NCBI GenBank assembly: GCA_963693365.1
Contig: CAVNZM010000006.1
Span: 2,294,001 to 2,358,000, forward strand
Length of the DNA stretch: 64,000 nucleotides
From: Amoebidium appalachense
Lineage: Eukaryota; Protista; Ichthyosporea
Direction of reading: 5' to 3'
The notes under the pieces were generated by a model. The model was not told the DNA's origin, made no database searches, and was given only the letters and a program-made list of their open reading frames with translations. How positions within the stretch are numbered: the stretch's first letter is position 1; the number at the start of each line of letters is the position of its first letter. Below are positions 56,696 through 64,000 of the stretch, in pieces. The translations under genes were made by a program, and so were the position numbers.

Positions 56696-57258
56696 CTCTC
56701 GCAGTTCCGATTCGGCCGGGACGATTTTCGGAACTGTGTTTTCAAATATCGGAAATTCCGATTTTTTTTCGTAACTTCGAACCCTGTAACGGGGTACACC
56801 CCTGCATGCGCAAGGCTTTATGTTTTGCCAGTCTCGGAGGCTTGCCCGTATCACTCACAACTTATCAGAGTTACCCATAAAGTAAAATCATATACCGGGG
56901 AACCAAGCAAGGCTTGCGTAGGTAGACGGGCAATACGGGATATACATTCAAAGTCAGCGGACATAGGACGCTGATACATAACCGCTATGATAGTGTGATG
57001 GGAATAAAGGAAACACAAGAAGAAATGCCGAAAACTTCGCTTCCATTATACTAGCTAGTACTCAGGTCACTAGCACTTTCGAAGTTTTTATTTTTGTTGA
57101 GAAAAGTCTCCCACGTTACGCGTTTCATCTGAGAGGCTACATTTTACCGCCTCGTAGGTTTTTACCTTTAGTCACCTGCTTTCTTTGGGCTTCCTAGTCT
57201 GTCAACATCTACTCAATACTCAGACTACACCCCCAACACTTTTTTCCCCTCTGGCACC

Positions 57259-57493
57259 ATGGCAGCCGACACACTCACTCTGAACAAGCTGCTATTTGAC
57301 GGCCTTCAGTACTATGCACACAGTGGGGATGTTGCGTGTTTGCTTGCACCTCAGCGTATGCTCTTGGGCATACACAACGCAAACGGGGACACTTGCCTGC
57401 ACACGGCACTGATGGCAAAGAACACAACAGTGGCCCTGGCACTGATACGTGTGGCACTGCCGCAGGACCTGGATATTGCAAACACGGATGGGC

Positions 57494-57552
<59 letters not shown>

Positions 57553-57607
57553 CATGTGTGCTTTGCTTGGCCCAGTGTGTGCTGCCGAGTTTTGGCTTTT
57601 TTTTTTT

Positions 57608-57643
<36 letters not shown>

Positions 57644-59500
57644 GCTTCGTGTCTGTGTCGCTGGGCTTAGGCTGCCTTGGTTGCTCGTAGTATGTACTGT
57701 ATGTGTCTATTCGTGAGTATGTGCACGTGGCTTTCCCCCCCCCCCCCCCCCCCCCCCCTTTTTTTTTGTTCCCTTCCCGTTTCTCTCTTTTTATGCCTAG
57801 GCACCTTTCAATCACCCGACCAACACATCACTCGATGTACCCTCTTTCTGCTTCTTTCTTTCTTTTCCGTCGTCATCTTCTTTGTGGTGTTCGTGTGTAG
57901 GCGAGATTTTGCGACAAACACCACACTAGTTCCTAGTAAACATTTCGGCCACAGGCACACTCCTAGTGATGTAAAGTCTGTACCTTTTTCTTACCCATCC
58001 CCATTCCGTCCTTCGCAGGCCCCCCTACACCTTGCCACCCAGCTGGGCCTGACCGAGGTCATCACTGCGCTTGTGTCACGTGGGGCCAACGTGCACGTGA
58101 CAGACGGGGCCGGCAACACTCCCGCCCACCACCTCACCACCGCCACAGACACCACCGCGCTCTTTTCTACCCTCTCCTCTTCCCAGCGCACACGCGTCCT
58201 CTCAGCCCCCAACTTTGGTGGCCTCGTCCCATTGCATGTTGCTGTGCGTGCACAACACCTCGACGTTGTGTCCAGCCTCCTTGCCTCACCCATCAACGCC
58301 GACCCCAACAGCCCCGACTATGCACGTGCACGCACCCCCCTCCACCACGCCATCCAGACCAACTGCCAGCCCATGGTCGAGCTTCTCCTTCAACATAGCG
58401 CCAATCCCTCCCCCGCAGACACCAACGGCAACACCCCCCTCCACCTTGCCCTGCAGCACAACCGCACCCCCCTTGTGCGCCTGCTCGTGCTTGCTGGTGC
58501 CGACGTTAGTGCCCTGAACGAATATTTCCAAACCCCGCTGGAGACAGGGCTGTTCTATGCCAGTGACGAAGCAGTAGCTACCCTCTTCTCCCTCCCCCCA
58601 CCCACCACCACCGAAGCACCCACACCTACCCCCACCCCCTTTGCACCTGTGACTGCTGTGCCCCCACGTTCAGTCGATGTGGAGACGGAGAAAGAAACCC
58701 TGCCGCCCTCCTACGGGTCTGTGAGTGGCGTGAGTATGGAGGAGGAGGGTGAGGAGGAGGAGGAGAGAGGCCCCGAGGACTGGCAGGTGTGTGTTTGGAT
58801 ATATATCCCCCCCTCCCCCCCCCCTCCCTCCCCCGGCTTTTTGGTGTTTGTTTAATTAAATCCCCCCCCCCCCCCCCCCCCCCCCCCCCGCGCGTTCATT
58901 CCCTGACATATTTCTCTTACATGCAATGAGTGTGCATGTTTTGTTCCCCCTTGTCTTATGAGTCACCATCCCAAGTCATGCTCTTGTGTGTCGTTCACCC
59001 TTGGTTCATGTGCACAATAAGAAAACCGTTCAGGTTTGAGAAATGGGACAAACAAACCTGCTAGACAACAGAAATTGGGCCTGATTCACGCCGCCAATAC
59101 ACATAATTTAACCCACATGTATCCCAACAGGTGCTCGGCACAGATGAGGTTCAAGGTGGCGGTACCGAGGAGTGGCGGTTCCGAAACAGAAACAAAACAT
59201 CGACCATGGACCGGTTGGTGCGCAAGGTACTGCACAACACACCAGGCGACAAGAAGGAGAAGGCAAAGAAGAGAGACAGCGACACCAAGACAAAAGAAAA
59301 GGAGAAGGAGAAAGATAGGTCAACGGCCAAACAGGAAAAGGCGCGGCTAGCGAATCTGTACGGTACCCCCAAGGACGTGGTTGTTGAGGGGCCCAAGATG
59401 AGTGCACGGGAGGAGAAGGAGGCACTGAGGGCCAAGTACACACCCACTAGTGTGGAGGTGGTCGAGGACTCGACAGACCAGACGGTGGTATGAATGCCTT

Positions 59501-59531
<31 letters not shown>

Positions 59532-59931
59532 AAAAAACAACAACACAGACACACACGTACGTGTTCGCGCATACACATGCATTACCACCATCCCACACCG
59601 CCCACAGCAAGCACGATAACCATTGATCCATGCAGACATGAGCAATATAAACTGTTTATTGTCGACGAAACATGCATACACAAAGATAACAAAGAAAGCC
59701 ATGCAAAGATGGATTTGGTGGGGAAAGGGAAACACTTGTGAAACAATCGTCGACCCCCCCCCCCCCAAAAAAAAAAAAAAAAAAACAACAACAACACAGA
59801 CACACACGTACGTGTTCGCGCATACACATTCATTACCACCATCCCACACCGCCCACAGCAAGCACGATAACCATTGATCCATGCAGACATGAGCAATATA
59901 AACTGTTTATTGTCGAAACAATCGTCGACCC

Positions 59932-59962
<31 letters not shown>

Positions 59963-60164
59963 AAAAAAAAAAAAAAACATAGTAACAATACTACAGTGCA
60001 TAAGCCTTACACTTATTACATTTTTTTCTGACTGTTTGGGGGGTTTATAGGCCAAAGGGCAACGCGTCAGCAACGATGCAGCAACGACCAAGGCTGCAGA
60101 GGCCCAGGCACAAATCCGCAGCCACCCGCAGACACACCTGACAGACCTCTCCTCCATCGATTAA
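57259..60164 (+). CDS. IkB-like ankyrin-repeat protein resembling the p105/p100 C-terminal half, with no Rel homology domain
   Basis: Exons 57259-57495, 58019-58786, 59131-59487, 60051-60164 (all phase 0), starting at caccATGG. Six ankyrin starts: GDTCLH, GQAPLH, GNTPAH, GLVPLH, ARTPLH, GNTPLH, plus a partial FQTPL. Pre-ankyrin YAHSGDVACLLAPQRML. The tail is P/T-rich, then acidic, then Lys-rich. Confidence 0.82.
59537..59930. repeat. Near-identical ~130-bp tandem duplication inside intron 3 of the IkB-like gene
   Basis: CAACACAGACACACACGTACGTGTTCGCGCATACACAT...AAACTGTTTATTGTCGA occurs at ~59540-59665 and ~59790-59915. Each copy is preceded by poly-C and poly-A. Confidence 0.92.
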
Positions 60165-61396
60165 ACCCCCCCCCCCCCCCCCCCCCATGGAACAGCAACT
60201 AGAGGGATATACTGTGGAAACAACGACTGATTATAAAAAGTCAGTGCGGTTGAATATTGCCCTTGGTTTTGTCACGGTGGTTGGTGCTTGTAAAAGGGAA
60301 ACATGGATGTGTTTATTGGTTTATTCTTGCACGGAAAGTTGAACTGGTCGATTGTATGTTTTTAGGCTACAACATACTATTTTTAGCTTCCTTATCGGAA
60401 GCAAGTGCAAAATGTGCAATCTATATGAGTCTGGCAATGTACAAACTTTAACTGGTGGTGACCAGAATATTCTTTGGACCTATATTGGTTCCAAATATCT
60501 ATTTTTGGGCAGTTTCCTAAAGTGGCACTCTCTTTGGCCGCTCTAGTTTGTTTTAAGCCAATCAAATGCTTGTAGCGCTGTGGAGACCATCTGTTATAAC
60601 ATCGGAGAGACATCGGAGGGAGAGAAATATATTATTTGATTGCAGATAGCCACATGGGGTCTGAAAATCTTAGAGTGATGCGGAGAACATATATGGAGTG
60701 GAGTTAGAAAAAACCACGAATAGTTGGCCCTGTATGGCCTTCATCAATATGACATTGTAAAGAATATGGAAACACGTCTTCAAATATTTAAAGAGTAATC
60801 GACCAAATTGCACCTGGGATTAATACAGCCTGGTAGGCTAATGCCGCTGTAGGTGCAAATCCACTCTCCCATGGTGAGCGACATACGATTCAATAAAGCA
60901 AGATACTGATTACCATAGAAACTTAATTGCAAACCAACCTGCCTCCCCCCCCCCCCCCCCCCCCCCCCCCCTGCCCCCATGGCATATATAGCTACCACTG
61001 CTTGTTTTCCTTGTTTTTGTCTGCTTGCCAGTTTTTACGGGCTCTGTGTTCTTGGATTGCTGCTCTCGAATGACCCTGCTCGTCTTTGGCTGAGACGGGT
61101 GGACTTGCCTATTGCTGTTGAAACAAAGTAATGATTGGGAATCTGCTCTGAGTTCAGGCGAGAGAGGTTTATAAAGAGTCCAAACCCATGCTTTTGTGGA
61201 GGCATAGTGATGGCCCCCCTGATGATGGGCTTTGCTCAAGTGCACGTGTACATGTCTTATGCCTGCACACTTACATTGTTTGATTTCGGGTTTCTCATTT
61301 TTGTGACGTTTTGTTGTTGTTCTCTGGTGTCTCTTCCATATTTCATACACCCTCTGCGCATAAATCACCCCCACGGCGCCCCCCCTCCCCCCACCT

Positions 61397-61439
<43 letters not shown>

Positions 61440-61948
61440 CACACACACCCACCGTCACACACAGGTATACATGATGGTGTAAGCAACCGTTACTTTCTCA
61501 TTTGATTCGACCGTTGCTTCTTCCCTTAGGGCACTGGTACAATCAACGGACTTTACAACGGTGTGAGCAATGCCGTTGGTTTGGCCAGCGACCCAGCAAC
61601 GTGTAACCAACGGTGCAATCACTGATGATGACAATACGTGTAATCAAACGTGCAAGTAGCGCAGTAAACGTTGTATCAACGGGGCAAGGTAATGTGTAAG
61701 CAACGCATTTGATTGTTAAGCAACAAGTTGATTGTACACCCACAATATACATATCCAATGGGTGAGCAACGTTGTAAGTAACAAGCAATCACTGCAGCAA
61801 GCCACGTGTAAGTAACGTCCATTCAAGTGTGTAATCACCGGCAGCGGCTACACCGACAGCAACGCAATAAAACACACCCTTCACTGCACAGTGACCGGTG
61901 AAAGTAATGGAGGAACCAACGTGCAAGTGCAGGAGTGGGGGTGACCCG

Positions 61949-61988
<40 letters not shown>

Positions 61989-63239
61989 CGGACCGCTTTT
62001 CACCCACCCACCCATCGTCTGGGTTCTGCTCACTTTAGATAGACACTTCATACTTCGTTTTTGTGTTATAATACGTAGTATTTACATATTGTAAGATCTT
62101 CTCAGTTCGTGTTATGTTTTCATTCATTTACTTAATGAAAAAGATGTGCTCCTTGTACGTAAATTATGACATCGATCTCCAGTGTATTTGAGTACTTGTA
62201 ATCGTGTTGTGTCGGCTATATTCGTGTGTTTAGATATCGATTACAGCAACTGATTATAGGTACACGAGTCTACCCAGTGAGGGAGACACGTGTACATGTT
62301 ATGTGTACATGAATATCTTCGGTTATAACTGTGTTTTGCTGTTCGTGTTTTCTGTCCTGCTTTCTTTTCTTTTTCCTCTTTCTTCGTCTTTTCTTTTCTC
62401 TTTCTTTCTTCTCTTGTTTCCTTTCATTTAATTATATTTCTCTCTCACTAATATACGTTGAGTAGATTTATATTACTCGTTATGTTTTGATTGGTAGAAA
62501 AACACTTAGGTTACACTTTAGCTTGTCAGGTATGATTCATAGCTTAGTCAACCACTTTTGTTTTGTGTGTTGCCGTACTATATCCAATCAGTGGACTTAG
62601 TCAGAAAATGTCTGAGTCTTTGTAGCCGATGATAGGTTAGAAACACCACCTCTTTCCTCGTTACTCTTCACCTCTTTTCTTTCTTATAGCTGTGACCTAT
62701 GGTGTGTGTTCCCGCGTCTCCGGATCTATCCGGGAAATAATCAGTTAATTATGATTGGTTATTTTAGACATAGATCTGATTTCCGACTGGTCGGAAATCA
62801 TGTATGGATTTAACTTAAGGGAATTTCAGGTATTTATTAGCGATCAAAATAAATTGAGTTCAGTCGTGTCTAAACATTGATGTCTGTTGTGTACACTGCT
62901 CCGATCGTTCCGTGTTTTGTTGTTGTGTGTGTCTGTGGTGTTTTCACACTGCACCACTGTGTCTCTGCTTACATCCTAAATACTTATAGAATTTAACATT
63001 TTGTTTTATTCACGGAAGAGACCCGTACAACTGTGCACGTATGCACTTCAATAAATACACACTAGCACCACTGTATGATACAGATACACCAGCACCACAA
63101 TCCCAAACCCGTGTTAAGAAACACGTATAACACATGTGCCCCTCGTGTTCAACAACACGCTATAGCTGTTAAGTATCAAGAGATTTTTTCGTGACGCTGC
63201 AACCAAAAAGAGAGACAGGATAGACATGCATGCAATCAT

Positions 63240-63642
63240 TCATCATCCTCTACAGCAGCGGCCTCTACAACAATCCCACACATTTTCATATACTCTTTCA
63301 CTTCCTCCAAAGGCATAGTGGGTTTCCGTGCGTCCTCCAGCCACTCACATCGTTCTGGGTGTTGTACTTCTGGCGCTTGCGCTCAATACGGCGGGTCTCC
63401 TCCGCTGACATCTTATTGGCACGGCATCTCATGGTACGCAACGTTTCCCCGATGGAAGATGACAGCTGCTTGTCCGTGATGCTGGCCGCTTCACCAGTCA
63501 AGTGCCCCCGCGCAGAAATGTGGTTGCGCACAGCAGCGACAAACACACCCTTGTCTGCCTTGTCCATCTTGCCCCAGGTGAAGTCGAGAACATTCTGATC
63601 CATGTCCTGAAGATGCGCTCTTACGGCGTTGCTAACGGTGCC
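63240..63642 (-). pseudogene. Helical coding exon of unknown family, possibly a BEN/Myb-like transposon accessory protein
   Basis: Branch-point-like GCTAAC and TTTCTCAG acceptor, then GTVSNAVRAHLQDMDQNVLDFTWGKMDKADK..ITDKQLSSSIGETLRTMRCRANK..ERKRQK. A shifted frame continues EWLEDARKPTMPLEEVKEYMKMCG. Confidence 0.4.
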
Positions 63643-64000
63643 CTGAGAAATAGATGCGTTAGCTCTCTGTTTTTAAAAGAGGGAAAGCGCGGAAAAACAG
63701 GCTACTCAAAGACACACCAAAGCTCACCGGTCTCCATCACTATCGAAGGCACGCCAAAGCTTTTACTTATGGCATAGCTACCATTCACAAGGCACCCCAA
63801 ACACGGAGGAGCAGCGACCATAGAGCACAGCAGCAGCAGAACGGCTATTTTTTAACATGTCATAAAAGTAGGAATTTCCATTCAAAAGTGGGGGAGGGGG
63901 GGGGGGGACAGTAACCCCTCTTGTATTTATAGCTCAGAGACTGGTACAATGATAAAAGGACTCATCCAGCCACTCACCGTAGGAAGTTCGATCTTTGTCT

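Noticed and set aside
56750-56759. kB-like site CGGAAATTCC about 500 bp upstream of the IkB-like ATG (possible feedback loop)
   Set aside because: It is a single short match within a transposon-like segment, and similar motifs occur elsewhere (~22812, ~62820, ~63870), so there is no evidence of specificity.
54637-56800. Possible 2.2-kb TIR element from inverted matches at ~54702-54778 and ~56754-56786
   Set aside because: Only 11-12-bp patches match, and no aligned termini or target duplication were found.

Overview
Eukaryotic, intron-rich DNA whose introns are packed with (GT)n/(CA)n/(CT)n microsatellites and long poly-G/C/A/T runs. Most ORF-track entries are translations of these repeats, not genes. 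Splicing GT-AG exons by hand gives five host genes: (1) the 3' part of a FAAL-ACP-membrane/hexapeptide (Pls/PosA-type terminal domain) megasynthase at <474-10699, with about 8 frame breaks, mostly in homopolymer runs; (2) an arrestin-fold protein with a PPxY motif on the minus strand; (3) an intact stand-alone, fungal-Pro2-like gamma-glutamyl phosphate reductase in 13 exons; (4) a BORCS5/LOH12CR1 homologue in 9 exons; (5) a stand-alone IkB-like ankyrin protein whose N-terminus resembles the NF-kB p105/p100 pre-ankyrin segment. Between them are transposon remains: a spliced SWIM + KDZ(Zisupton-like) + zinc-knuckle relic, a Helitron-like 3' end, two intronic TIR elements, two non-LTR retrotransposon fragments and several minisatellites. 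The gene mix suggests a non-animal opisthokont such as a unicellular holozoan (inference only). The best leads are the fatty-acyl version of a Pls-type synthetase, the RHD-less p105-type IkB, and splice sites embedded in (GT)n at donors and (CA)n at acceptors. All homology calls come from remembered motifs; no searches were run.
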